This document shows positions 53,448 through 62,687 of a DNA stretch of 64,000 nt, in pieces; position 1 is the stretch's first letter; every line of letters starts with the position of its first letter. A program made the position numbers and the translations under genes. The notes below the pieces were generated by a model that saw nothing but the letters and a program-made list of their open reading frames with translations, was not told the DNA's origin and ran no database searches. Source of the stretch: an uncultured Sulfurovum sp. (GTDB taxonomy: Bacteria; Campylobacterota; Campylobacteria; Campylobacterales; Sulfurovaceae). The stretch spans positions 19,909-83,908 of the forward strand of contig CAZNJD010000005.1 of assembly GCA_964573285.1 (NCBI GenBank). Reading direction: 5' to 3'.

Positions 53448-54782
53448 TTATTTCTCTTCTCGCTTATATCCTATAATAATAAGAAGAAACAGAACAACCA
53501 TAACAGTATCATAAAATGTAAATTTGGGAATACCTGTTCTAACCCATGTAAAAACTTTGGTCATAATAAAAGCATACAGAATAATAAATTTAGGATTATT
53601 TGAAGTGATATTTATAAAGAAATACTCTATTTTTTGGACTAAAAAGCCAGAAAATAGACCTGTAATCATTACACCTATAACTCCTAAATTATAATATCCA
53701 AATGCTACTACTCCAGGAGGGGCTATTGCCTCTCTAGCATTATAAAAAAAGTAAGTATTTGTAAACATAGTATTATTATTCATATTGGTTAACCAAGATA
53801 TAGGGATAAATTTACCTCGTAATCCAGAGATAATCCCCTCAAAATAGACAAAATCATAATCTTTATTAAGTGCAAACTCCAAAGATGTTTGGTCAAAATT
53901 AAAAAAGGATAGCATATTTAAAAGAGATTGAACAATATTCATAGGGTTACTAATAATAAATTTCCCAGTATCAAGATAAGATTCTAATGCAGGAATGAAG
54001 AATATAGCAAATAAGAATAACATTATAAAATGAAATAGATAACTTTTTTTGTTTTGAAGAGATAGATAAAATAGATAAAGCAGTATCAACTCAATAATTG
54101 ACTGTTTGCCCTTAAATAGTGCCAAACGAGAAAATAGTGCAACACCAAGTGCTACCCATAACATCATATTGACCCAAAAACCTTTATGATTTTCTAAAAG
54201 AAAAAAAATAATAATTGCCAAAATAGAAAAAGGTATAAAACGATATACAAATATATATGTTTTGCTAATCCAAAACTCATCTCCATGTCCTGAACGAACA
54301 GCATCTCCTGCCATAATAGCCCTCTCCATCCCCCCAAACTGTGAAGCATAAATAAATAGTGATGCCAAAGATAAAAATGCTAAAAATAGTCCCATAATAT
54401 ATAATAGATTTATCTCTCTTGAAAATATATAAATAGTTCTCTCTTTGAGTATATAGGCAGAGGAGTCTATATGTTTGACAGAATAAACACCTATAAAAAA
54501 GAAACTTAAAAATATAGAGATAATAGCAAAAGATTTATAACTATAAAACCTATCCAAATAGTTTTCTACATGAAGGTCTAACATCTTATAATCAAGAAAA
54601 AATACTGTATCATTTAATATCATACTCAAAGGTACAACAAGATATTGAATACTCCAAAATAAGAGAAATACAGCTACCATATTCCATCCATCTTGAACAC
54701 TATGTAATATCATTCTAATAATATATATAAACAGACCAAGATATAATATAAAAATTATTAGTGTATCTATCTGCTCACTCAT
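53448..54782 (-). CDS. Wzy-like O-antigen/EPS polymerase
   Basis: About 11 TM segments, a large late periplasmic loop, GYYNLGVIG; downstream of wzx. Confidence 0.65.
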   Translation of the reverse strand: MSEQIDTLIIFILYLGLFIYIIRMILHSVQDGWNMVAVFLLFWSIQYLVVPLSMILNDTVFFLDYKMLDLHVENYLDRFYSYKSFAIISIFLSFFFIGVYSVKHIDSSAYILKERTIYIFSREINLLYIMGLFLAFLSLASLFIYASQFGGMERAIMAGDAVRSGHGDEFWISKTYIFVYRFIPFSILAIIIFFLLENHKGFWVNMMLWVALGVALFSRLALFKGKQSIIELILLYLFYLSLQNKKSYLFHFIMLFLFAIFFIPALESYLDTGKFIISNPMNIVQSLLNMLSFFNFDQTSLEFALNKDYDFVYFEGIISGLRGKFIPISWLTNMNNNTMFTNTYFFYNAREAIAPPGVVAFGYYNLGVIGVMITGLFSGFLVQKIEYFFINITSNNPKFIILYAFIMTKVFTWVRTGIPKFTFYDTVMVVLFLLIIIGYKREEK

Positions 54783-54795
54783 ACAAACTCCATAA

Positions 54796-55770
54796 TTATC
54801 TAAATAACTGTTTAAAATGACCTATATTGGGTAATTTTGGTTTACGAATAAATCTTTTTAACATTAGATACTTATTATAATATTTTAATCTTCTTTTAAA
54901 GTTAATATCTGATTTAGGAAGCCATTTTGGTAAACAAAAATTACTTTTTTTGACAATATTATTTTCTAAAACAACATAAAAAAAATCTATATTCAAATGA
55001 CTATCAAGTGTTACAACCATAGACCTTCGATGCTCAATCTCTTGTTTTTTAATCCTTCGTGCAGTAAACTCTTTTCCATTATATTGTGTAGGTATATCCA
55101 AATCAGGAAATATAAAATTACCTAATCCATAAAAGATATGTTTTCCTTTATATATCTCATAACTCTGTATGACATGTGCATGATGCCCTATAATCAAATC
55201 TGCACCACTATCTATTAGTTTATGGGCTATCTCCCTATCACTAAATCGAGGAAAAGGTATCTCTTGAATTCCCCAATGAGGTTGGACTATAATAAAATCA
55301 ACCTCATCTCGAATAGAGTTTATATCTGCAATAATTCTATTTAATTCTAAAATAGCACTACCACTTTGTTTACTATCACCAAACAGAGGATTAGTAGTAG
55401 CACAAGAGTATCCAAATAGTGCTATTTTTTTACCTACAAACTCTATTATAGCTGGGTTATTAAAATTTTCAGTTGATAATCCTGCTCCAAAATAGGGAAT
55501 ATTTAGACTATCCAAAATCTCTTTGGTTTTACCAAAAGCCTCTTCTCCAAAATCCATTACATGATTATTAGCAAGTGTCACAGCTAATGGTCTTTTATGA
55601 AAAGTCTCTTCTATATATGATTTTTCTTGGCATATATTTACCTTATTTTTTGCTATCGCTCCTTTACATGATAGAGGTGTCTCTAAATTAAATATAAATT
55701 CATCTATATCAAACTCTATATTATATGGTTTATCTAAAACAGTATCACCTAAAAATGTTATTTTTTTCAT
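54796..55770 (-). CDS. CapA/PGA_cap family metallophosphoesterase-fold protein
   Basis: FLGD, NLETP, LANNHVMDFG, HWG, IGHHAHVIQ, YGLGNFIF. Confidence 0.9.
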   Translation of the reverse strand: MKKITFLGDTVLDKPYNIEFDIDEFIFNLETPLSCKGAIAKNKVNICQEKSYIEETFHKRPLAVTLANNHVMDFGEEAFGKTKEILDSLNIPYFGAGLSTENFNNPAIIEFVGKKIALFGYSCATTNPLFGDSKQSGSAILELNRIIADINSIRDEVDFIIVQPHWGIQEIPFPRFSDREIAHKLIDSGADLIIGHHAHVIQSYEIYKGKHIFYGLGNFIFPDLDIPTQYNGKEFTARRIKKQEIEHRRSMVVTLDSHLNIDFFYVVLENNIVKKSNFCLPKWLPKSDINFKRRLKYYNKYLMLKRFIRKPKLPNIGHFKQLFR

Positions 55771-57041
55771 ATTTTTTGCCTTTTACATTCTATTTTTTTA
55801 TAAATATATATCATGACCCCTCCATTATGAATAATTCCTACAATTACAAATAACACGAGTGAAACAATATATGAGTCACAAATATAATAACCTAAATATA
55901 TAGCCAAAACCCTAAATCCCAAAGTTATTATCTGAATTATAAGTCTAATTCGTTGTAGTCCATATATATTAAACATTACAGTTGTAGGAGGAGATATAAA
56001 TCCAAACAGAAACCAAAATATAGCAATCTGTGCAATCAAACCAGATTCTGCCCACCCTTGACCAAAAACAAATACAAATAGCTCTTCTCCAAAAAATAGG
56101 ATAATAATTAAAGGAGCAATAAAGAGTTTTAAAAGTCCTAATGTGGTTTTGAGATATAAAGGATAAATATCATCCCCATTAGCATACATTTTTGAAGCTT
56201 TTTGATAAAAAACAGCTCTAGTCGAACTAGATACTAATAAAAGAGGTGTCTGCATAGCCCTATATGTTAATGAATAAAATCCTGATATAGCAGGAGAAAA
56301 TAGAGATGTAAACATTAATAAAGGTATATTTTGTGAAAAGGAGTTAATTAGTGTAGAGAAACTTTGATATTTGGGGAAATTTTCATGTCTTTTTATATTG
56401 ACTTGAAGTCGTCTTTTGGAGATATATCTCAACTGTAATGTATGTTTTTGGATATGAAATCTAACTAATATTAAAAGAGCAAATATATCAGATAAAACTT
56501 TTCCAACAACCAACCCATTTAAACTAAAGTTATATCTACTAATAGTTTGGATACTTGCTGTTGTAAAAGATGCAATAACTTTAGTCGTTGCAATTTTTTT
56601 ATAAAACTGTTTGCGTGTAGAATAAGCATCAAAAATCTGCATTAACCCTATTATAAGTGTAGATATAGGAAGTAACCATATTAAATAACTGTTTTTTTCA
56701 AAATAGTTAAAAAAAAAGTCATAAAATACAAAAAGTATAATAGTTAATATAACTACTATAAAAACAGTCACTAATATAGATAAAAATAGTAATGCTTGTG
56801 CATCCCTATCTGATTTGGGTAACATAATAGCCTGTTCATAATTACCACTAGATACCATACCTATCATACTTGCCAATGCAAAAAATAGAGCATATAATCC
56901 AAATTCACTAGGATTATATAATCTAGTCAAAATAGGTATAAAACTAAATGAGACAATTTGAGCCATTAATGTACCTGACATTAGTGTCATAATTTGTAAC
57001 AGATAGGTACTATTTCTTATCTTTTTTATAAATCTATTCAT
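55767..57041 (-). CDS. Wzx-like polysaccharide flippase
   Basis: GTLMAQ, PILTRLYNPSEFG, YEQAIMLPK, FPKY, GFYSL, FGQGWAESG. Confidence 0.88.
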   Translation of the reverse strand: MNRFIKKIRNSTYLLQIMTLMSGTLMAQIVSFSFIPILTRLYNPSEFGLYALFFALASMIGMVSSGNYEQAIMLPKSDRDAQALLFLSILVTVFIVVILTIILFVFYDFFFNYFEKNSYLIWLLPISTLIIGLMQIFDAYSTRKQFYKKIATTKVIASFTTASIQTISRYNFSLNGLVVGKVLSDIFALLILVRFHIQKHTLQLRYISKRRLQVNIKRHENFPKYQSFSTLINSFSQNIPLLMFTSLFSPAISGFYSLTYRAMQTPLLLVSSSTRAVFYQKASKMYANGDDIYPLYLKTTLGLLKLFIAPLIIILFFGEELFVFVFGQGWAESGLIAQIAIFWFLFGFISPPTTVMFNIYGLQRIRLIIQIITLGFRVLAIYLGYYICDSYIVSLVLFVIVGIIHNGGVMIYIYKKIECKRQKI

Positions 57042-57215
57042 CTATTTAAAATCTTCTCTCTATACTATTTAGGATATTATATCCATTTTAAGCTTTGTTT
57101 TTAAATGTTTTTTAATGTTTTAAAAAATATTTTAAAAAAAATACTCTTTAATTAAGAGTAATTTTATCCGATTTAGCTTATAATACTCTCAATAAACAAA
57201 ACACAAGGAAATCAA

Positions 57216-57731
57216 ATGTCAACAGTAACATTTAAAAATGAGACAGTATGTAACTTAGCAGGTAATGAGATAAATGTTGGAGATATAGCTCCAGTAGTAA
57301 CAGTAGTAAATTGTAACCCAATGTTACAAAATGAAACAGTAGGTGGTGAAGGTAAAGTTCAACTTATAGTTGCTGTTCCATCATTAGATACTGGTGTATG
57401 TGATGCAGAAACTAGAAGATTTAATAGTGAAGCAGCATCTCTTGATGGTGTAGAAGTTATGACAGTATCTATGGATTTACCATTTGCAGCAGCTAGATGG
57501 TGTGGAGCAGCTGGTATTGATAATATCAAAGTATGTTCAGACTTTAGAAATAAAGATTTTGCTAATGCTTATGGTGTACTTTTGGCTGATGGACCTTTGG
57601 CTGGTATCTTAGCAAGAGTTATCTTTGTAGTTGGCAAAGATGGTAAGGTAACTTATAAACAAGTTGTACCTGAAATTACACAAGAGCCTAATTATGAAGA
57701 AGCTCTTAATGCTGCAAAAACTGCTCTATAA
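57216..57731 (+). CDS. tpx: Thiol peroxidase
   Basis: VPSLDTGVC, SMDLPFAAARWC, LARVIFV, EPNYE. Confidence 0.95.
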   Translation: MSTVTFKNETVCNLAGNEINVGDIAPVVTVVNCNPMLQNETVGGEGKVQLIVAVPSLDTGVCDAETRRFNSEAASLDGVEVMTVSMDLPFAAARWCGAAGIDNIKVCSDFRNKDFANAYGVLLADGPLAGILARVIFVVGKDGKVTYKQVVPEITQEPNYEEALNAAKTAL

Positions 57732-57752
57732 AAATATCTTCTTCTCCTTTAA

Positions 57753-57778
57753 ATAACCTCTCATTATAGAGAGGTTAT
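57753..57778 (+). terminator. Hairpin after tpx
   Basis: ATAACCTCTC / GAGAGGTTAT 10-bp stem. Confidence 0.55.
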
Positions 57779-57788
57779 AATCCTTATT

Positions 57789-58160
57789 ATGAAATATACA
57801 CCAAAACAGATAGAAAAATATCAACGACAGAGATATATAAATAATTTAGAAAAAGTAACCAAAAATCTATTTAAAATGTTTAGAAACTCTAATACAACCC
57901 AAGAACAGTTTCTAAAAAAGTTTAAAGAGCTAAAAACTAATTTGGACAAACACTCAAATATAATGCTTAATTCAGAATATCATGAACAGATAAAACAATA
58001 TATAGATAGACTATATAGTGAGTCTCAAAATGAGTTTATATTTAATGATATTCGAGAGATTAATATGACTCATCTAAATAGATTACAAAAGCTCAAAAAT
58101 GGTACTTCTTATAAAAAAGATAAACATAAGCATAGAAGCAAAAATGAGGATTGGGGCTAG
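57789..58160 (+). CDS. Hypothetical basic helical protein
   Basis: 123-aa ORF ending LNRLQKLKN..SYKKDKHK; convergent overlap with murB. Confidence 0.7.
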   Translation: MKYTPKQIEKYQRQRYINNLEKVTKNLFKMFRNSNTTQEQFLKKFKELKTNLDKHSNIMLNSEYHEQIKQYIDRLYSESQNEFIFNDIREINMTHLNRLQKLKNGTSYKKDKHKHRSKNEDWG

Positions 58161-58936
58161 AGGATTTTAATCTCCTCTTTTAAAAAAATTCCAAACTCTT
58201 CAAATACTCTTTTCTTTGCTAAATCAATCAGATATTTGGCATCTCCAAAAACTCCTCCTCCATAATTAACTAAAAAGTTAGCATGAATTGTACTCCACCC
58301 CATAGCACCTTTTTGCATACCTTTAAGTCCTACAGCATCTATTAATCGTCCTGCATAGTCACCCTCTGGATTTTTGAAGGCTGAACCTGCACTAGGAATT
58401 TTGGGCTGATTTGAACGCAATTTTATCAACTTGGCTAATAATAAGTTATCAAATCCATTAGATACTCTAAATTTAGCTTCGGTTACAATCCCTTCTAGTT
58501 TGGCAAATCTATATCCATACTCTATCTCTTCTTTTGGTATCCATCTATTATCTATTTTGATAGCATCTAAAATATTAAAAATCTCATATGATTTCAAACC
58601 TGCATTCATAGCAATCATACCACCTAAACTACCTGGTAATTTAGAGATAAATTCAAATCCTGCTAGATTATTTTTTTTGGCAAATGATAAGATTTTACCT
58701 GTAGGAGTAGCACAACCTATAGTTAATAGATTATTATCTAATTCAATAAATGAAAACTCTTTAGAGAGTGCCATAAGTGGTGGAGGAGTAGGAGATACCA
58801 AAAGATTATTAGCATGACCAATAATTATTCTATCATTTAGAATGTTATCATCTCTTTCTATCATCAAAACTTCTGTAGATTGCCCCACTTTTATACTTGA
58901 AAACTTGCTAAAATCTATAGTTTTTACAAACATCAT
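58157..58936 (-). CDS. murB: UDP-N-acetylenolpyruvoylglucosamine reductase
   Basis: LPGSLGGMIAMNAG, YGYR, PSAGSAFKNP, HANFLVN. Confidence 0.95.
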   Translation of the reverse strand: MMFVKTIDFSKFSSIKVGQSTEVLMIERDDNILNDRIIIGHANNLLVSPTPPPLMALSKEFSFIELDNNLLTIGCATPTGKILSFAKKNNLAGFEFISKLPGSLGGMIAMNAGLKSYEIFNILDAIKIDNRWIPKEEIEYGYRFAKLEGIVTEAKFRVSNGFDNLLLAKLIKLRSNQPKIPSAGSAFKNPEGDYAGRLIDAVGLKGMQKGAMGWSTIHANFLVNYGGGVFGDAKYLIDLAKKRVFEEFGIFLKEEIKIL

Positions 58937-58985
58937 TTATCCTTAAAAACAAATATTATATAATAGCTAATAACAAAGGAGTCAT

Positions 58986-60002
58986 ATGCTATACATTAAA
59001 ATTATTACTATTTTTTTATTGATAATTATATCTATAATCTCTTATATATTTATAGAAAGAGATAAACAAGATGTAGTACCTAAAAAAATTGAACTACCCA
59101 AAATCAAAATACCAAAAAAATCAATTGAGTTTACAATTACTAAAGATAAAGATAATAATATAAATTTCAGAGGTATATTTAAAGAAGCTAAAACAGCAAA
59201 AAATATTGCTAAATTATTAGATAATAGCCATTTAGAACATGAGATTAGAATAAATAGTAGATTATTAGATAGTAATAAAATTATCACACTATTAGAGAAG
59301 ATTTTAAAGCAATTTAATAAAAATTATATAGAGTGGTCTATTATATATAAAGAGAATAAACTTCTTGTGAGTGCTAAATGCAAATCAATAGAAGACAAAG
59401 AACGAATAGAGACCATATTACAACTATCCAATATCAATAATTTTAGTAATATTACTACCATTCCTATAAATGAAGATTTAGCTATAATAGCAAATCTCAA
59501 AAGTATAATAGAGAGTGAAAAAGAACAAGATACTCAACAAAGAATAACAGAAGATGAAGCTCACACTATATTATCAAATCTAAAAACCTTAGTAATACAA
59601 GAAAAGCCAGAAAAGAAAAGAATTATTAGAAAGAAAAAGATTATTAAAAAGAAAAAGATTATTAGAAAAAAAAGAATTATTAAAAAGAAAAAAGAGACTA
59701 CCCATATAAATAAATCAAAAGTTAAGATGGTAATACCCACACCAAGAATATATCAAAAGATACAATATGATAGAGATATTATCTCATTACCATTTGTAAA
59801 GACTTTTGATATGAATATAGAAGAAGAGATAAAAAGAGGAGAAATACCTCCACTAAAAACCAAGAAACCTTTAGTTCAAAAAGAGACTATATATATACCA
59901 TCTAAAGAGAAGCCCATAGATAATAATATACCATGGGCTAAACTACATAATATGGATGAAAAAGTTAATGGGATTTTTATACCAGAGGTTATAAATAGAT
60001 AA
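58986..60002 (+). CDS. Membrane-anchored hypothetical protein with a Lys/Arg-rich repeat
   Basis: N-terminal TM; AAGGAG RBS; (KKK/RIIR/K)4. Confidence 0.7.
   Translation: MLYIKIITIFLLIIISIISYIFIERDKQDVVPKKIELPKIKIPKKSIEFTITKDKDNNINFRGIFKEAKTAKNIAKLLDNSHLEHEIRINSRLLDSNKIITLLEKILKQFNKNYIEWSIIYKENKLLVSAKCKSIEDKERIETILQLSNINNFSNITTIPINEDLAIIANLKSIIESEKEQDTQQRITEDEAHTILSNLKTLVIQEKPEKKRIIRKKKIIKKKKIIRKKRIIKKKKETTHINKSKVKMVIPTPRIYQKIQYDRDIISLPFVKTFDMNIEEEIKRGEIPPLKTKKPLVQKETIYIPSKEKPIDNNIPWAKLHNMDEKVNGIFIPEVINR
59613..59684 (+). repeat. 4 x 18-bp in-frame tandem repeat encoding KKRIIR/KKKIIK/KKKIIR/KKRIIK
   Basis: AAGAAAAGAATTATTAGA, AAGAAAAAGATTATTAAA, AAGAAAAAGATTATTAGA, AAAAAAAGAATTATTAAA. Confidence 0.85.
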
Positions 60003-60671
60003 CTATTGAGTTGTCAAACCTAGATATTTCCAGCTATCTACCCCTCCTCTATAATAGAGGATTTTTTTTTGAGAGTATCCTTCGTTAATAAGATTATATA
60101 TCATTTTTGTAGCTTGATTATCCAATATACCATTGTCAAAAATCAGTAACTTATCAATATTTTTTAAAAGTTTAATAACCTCATCTCTATGTTTATTATT
60201 TTCATCCAACATACCATAAGGGATATTGACAGAAGCAGGAATGGTACCTCTCTTATACTGCTTCGTTATTCTAGCATCTACTAAAATCATTCGTTTAGTA
60301 TTTGATAAATAAGATATAAATTTCAACACCTCTAACTCCCCTACAGTTTTAATATTTTTGATATTCATAGGCGAGATACAGTATGGTGGACAAGGTCTAT
60401 CTTTTGGGGCAAATCTCTCAATATTGATTTTTCTTTTCTGATAAGAGATAGATAAATTCTCTAACTCCTCTGTTATTTTGACTTTTTGATTATATTTCTG
60501 TTTAGGATTATCATCCAAACTTTCTAATATAGATAATTTCTCTCCTAGCAAGTTATCTTTAGAACACTCCTCTTCCTCATTATGAGTAATAGATGCACAA
60601 CCTATCTCTAAACTATTGGCATAGATATTTGAGAATAGTAAACTTACTAAAAGTAAAAAAAATCTATACAT
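60003..60671 (-). CDS. Periplasmic rhodanese-like protein lacking the active-site Cys
   Basis: Signal peptide, RPCPPYC, TVGELEV, LVDAR, GTIPASVNIPY, YYRGG..SW; active loop reads IFDNGILD. Confidence 0.8.
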   Translation of the reverse strand: MYRFFLLLVSLLFSNIYANSLEIGCASITHNEEEECSKDNLLGEKLSILESLDDNPKQKYNQKVKITEELENLSISYQKRKINIERFAPKDRPCPPYCISPMNIKNIKTVGELEVLKFISYLSNTKRMILVDARITKQYKRGTIPASVNIPYGMLDENNKHRDEVIKLLKNIDKLLIFDNGILDNQATKMIYNLINEGYSQKKILYYRGGVDSWKYLGLTTQ

Positions 60672-60673
60672 AA

Positions 60674-61327
60674 TTATTGATTTTTTTTCAAAGAGGCTTT
60701 CATTAATTCTGCTAAAGTATATGATTTAACTCCAACCTCATAAGCTAATATATTGCCACCTTTATCTAAAACTATAGTCAATGGTATCACTCCACTCCAA
60801 CCATAATGTACTTTGAGATACTCATAAAATCTTTTTTGCTCATTTCCATTAACAATATCATAATTGATACCATACTTTTTAATATATTTCAAAGACTCCT
60901 CATTTGAATGTTTTTCTGCCTCTATAGCAATCACTTCAAAAGTATCTCCTAAATCTTTTTTTAAATTTATTAGTTGGGGTATCTCTTTTTTACAATATTT
61001 ACAATCCCATCCAAAAATTTTTAGAAAAATAAGTTTATCTCTCAATCCTTCTATTTCCATCTTCTTATCAGCCGTCTTGATTTTAAAATCTTTTCCATTT
61101 ACAGTTTTAAAATTAAATGTACTCTCAAGTGATGGGAAAAGTAATTTCGACTTACTATCTCCAATTTCAATTTTAGTACCAATCACATTATCTTTACTAT
61201 TATAAAAATAATAACCAGCTAATAATAATAAAACAACAATTAGAAACATAATTACAATATTAAGTATCTTTTGTATATCTACTTTAACATTTTTATCTTT
61301 TTTCATCAAATTCCTCAAATATTTCAA
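60674..61327 (-). CDS. Membrane-anchored TlpA/ResA-like thioredoxin (start 61327 or 61306)
   Basis: N-terminal TM, FGWDCKYCKKEIP, cis-Pro loop VIPLT. Confidence 0.87.
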   Translation of the reverse strand: MKYLRNLMKKDKNVKVDIQKILNIVIMFLIVVLLLLAGYYFYNSKDNVIGTKIEIGDSKSKLLFPSLESTFNFKTVNGKDFKIKTADKKMEIEGLRDKLIFLKIFGWDCKYCKKEIPQLINLKKDLGDTFEVIAIEAEKHSNEESLKYIKKYGINYDIVNGNEQKRFYEYLKVHYGWSGVIPLTIVLDKGGNILAYEVGVKSYTLAELMKASLKKNQ

Positions 61328-61474
61328 ATTTCTATATTTATAGCAAAAAAACTATTTAAATATACTTTTATAAGATAATATTGCATAAAATGGATATTTT
61401 TCTTCACTTTTTCATTTTTGATACTATTTTTTTCATTATAATTATATTTATATAAAAAATAATAAAGACAATTA

Positions 61475-62113
61475 ATGATTAATAAAAAAGAACTTTTAGA
61501 TTTCAAATATATAGATACTAAGCTTGGACTACAATACCTAAATGGTAATGAAGAGTTATATTTCAAAATTTTGAAAAATTTTGTAAATCGCTATAAAGAT
61601 TTAAAAATAGAATTATTAGATGATGATAAACTGAATAGTACTATACATACAATCAAAGGTTTATCTGCCACACTTGGTATGACAGAACTTACTCAGATAG
61701 CAACAACAATCAACGAAACAAATAAACAGAATAAATTACCTGAATTTTCTAAAAATCTAAAATTTATTTTGGAAGAGTTACAAGCAAAACTAAAAGATGA
61801 TAAACCAAAAATAATTTTGATTATTACTGATAAAATCATAGATATTGATATACTAGTTGAACTTTTAGGTGATAAACATGATGTTATTGTTGCATTAGAT
61901 AAGATAACTGCTTTGGAAGCTATTGAAGCAGAAGAAATTTCAACTATCTTGCTTGAAGTTGATATGATTGATATATATGATGATATAAAATCAAAATCAA
62001 TTCCTATTATATTTACAATAGATAACTTAGAAAAAATATCAAATATAAACTCTATCGACTATATCACAAAGCCTTTTAACAAAAAAGAACTAGAAAAACA
62101 TATAAATAATTAA
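61475..62113 (+). CDS. Hpt domain fused to a degenerate receiver domain
   Basis: IHTIKGLSATLG (Hpt His); C-terminal ILIITD...ILLEVDM...IPIIF...DYITKPF. Confidence 0.8.
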   Translation: MINKKELLDFKYIDTKLGLQYLNGNEELYFKILKNFVNRYKDLKIELLDDDKLNSTIHTIKGLSATLGMTELTQIATTINETNKQNKLPEFSKNLKFILEELQAKLKDDKPKIILIITDKIIDIDILVELLGDKHDVIVALDKITALEAIEAEEISTILLEVDMIDIYDDIKSKSIPIIFTIDNLEKISNINSIDYITKPFNKKELEKHINN

Positions 62114-62249
62114 TTGATATTTATAACTATTAATTAATATTTATTATTTCTTTTAAAAAACATAAATATATATATTACATATATTTTTTAAGAAATAAGC
62201 AAGTATTTAAAAAGTATAATTTTTTTATGAAAATAAAAAGGAAATTAAA

Positions 62250-62633
62250 ATGAAAAAAATACTGCTACTAATGATATTGACAATGATGGCATTTTCAGAT
62301 ATCAAAATTATGACCTCGACTAAAAGTCATATAACTAATGTATCACTTGAAGATTTAGCTAAAATATATCTAAAGAAAAAAGATACAATAAATGGTATCA
62401 AAGTTATACCTATTGACAATAAAGATAGCTACAATGAATTTTGCAAAAAAGTAATCAAAAAAACACCAAAACAACTTAGAGCATATTGGATGAAAGAGAT
62501 ATATAGAGGAGATAAACAACCTCCACAAAAGTTATCAAGTTCACAAATAAAACAAAAAATGCAAAAAAATTCTAAAATTATATCTTATTCTACTAATAAA
62601 TTAACAGGGAAAGTTATATTTACTATTAGATAA
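62250..62633 (+). CDS. Small secreted periplasmic-binding-protein-like domain, often annotated as phosphate ABC substrate-binding-like
   Basis: Signal peptide; LAKIYLKK, FCKKVI...QLRAYW...YRG..PP, ISY. Confidence 0.6.
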   Translation: MKKILLLMILTMMAFSDIKIMTSTKSHITNVSLEDLAKIYLKKKDTINGIKVIPIDNKDSYNEFCKKVIKKTPKQLRAYWMKEIYRGDKQPPQKLSSSQIKQKMQKNSKIISYSTNKLTGKVIFTIR

Positions 62634-62687
62634 TTTTGATCAAAATATGTTATTATTCCTATCTTAAATATTAAGGAAAATAACAAT

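Noticed and set aside
54796..55770. Poly-gamma-glutamate capsule locus
   Set aside because: No capB/capC; the context is wzx/wzy
61324..61566. 80-aa minus-strand ORF
   Set aside because: Overlaps the Hpt gene antisense and an AT-rich intergenic region; composition is unconvincing
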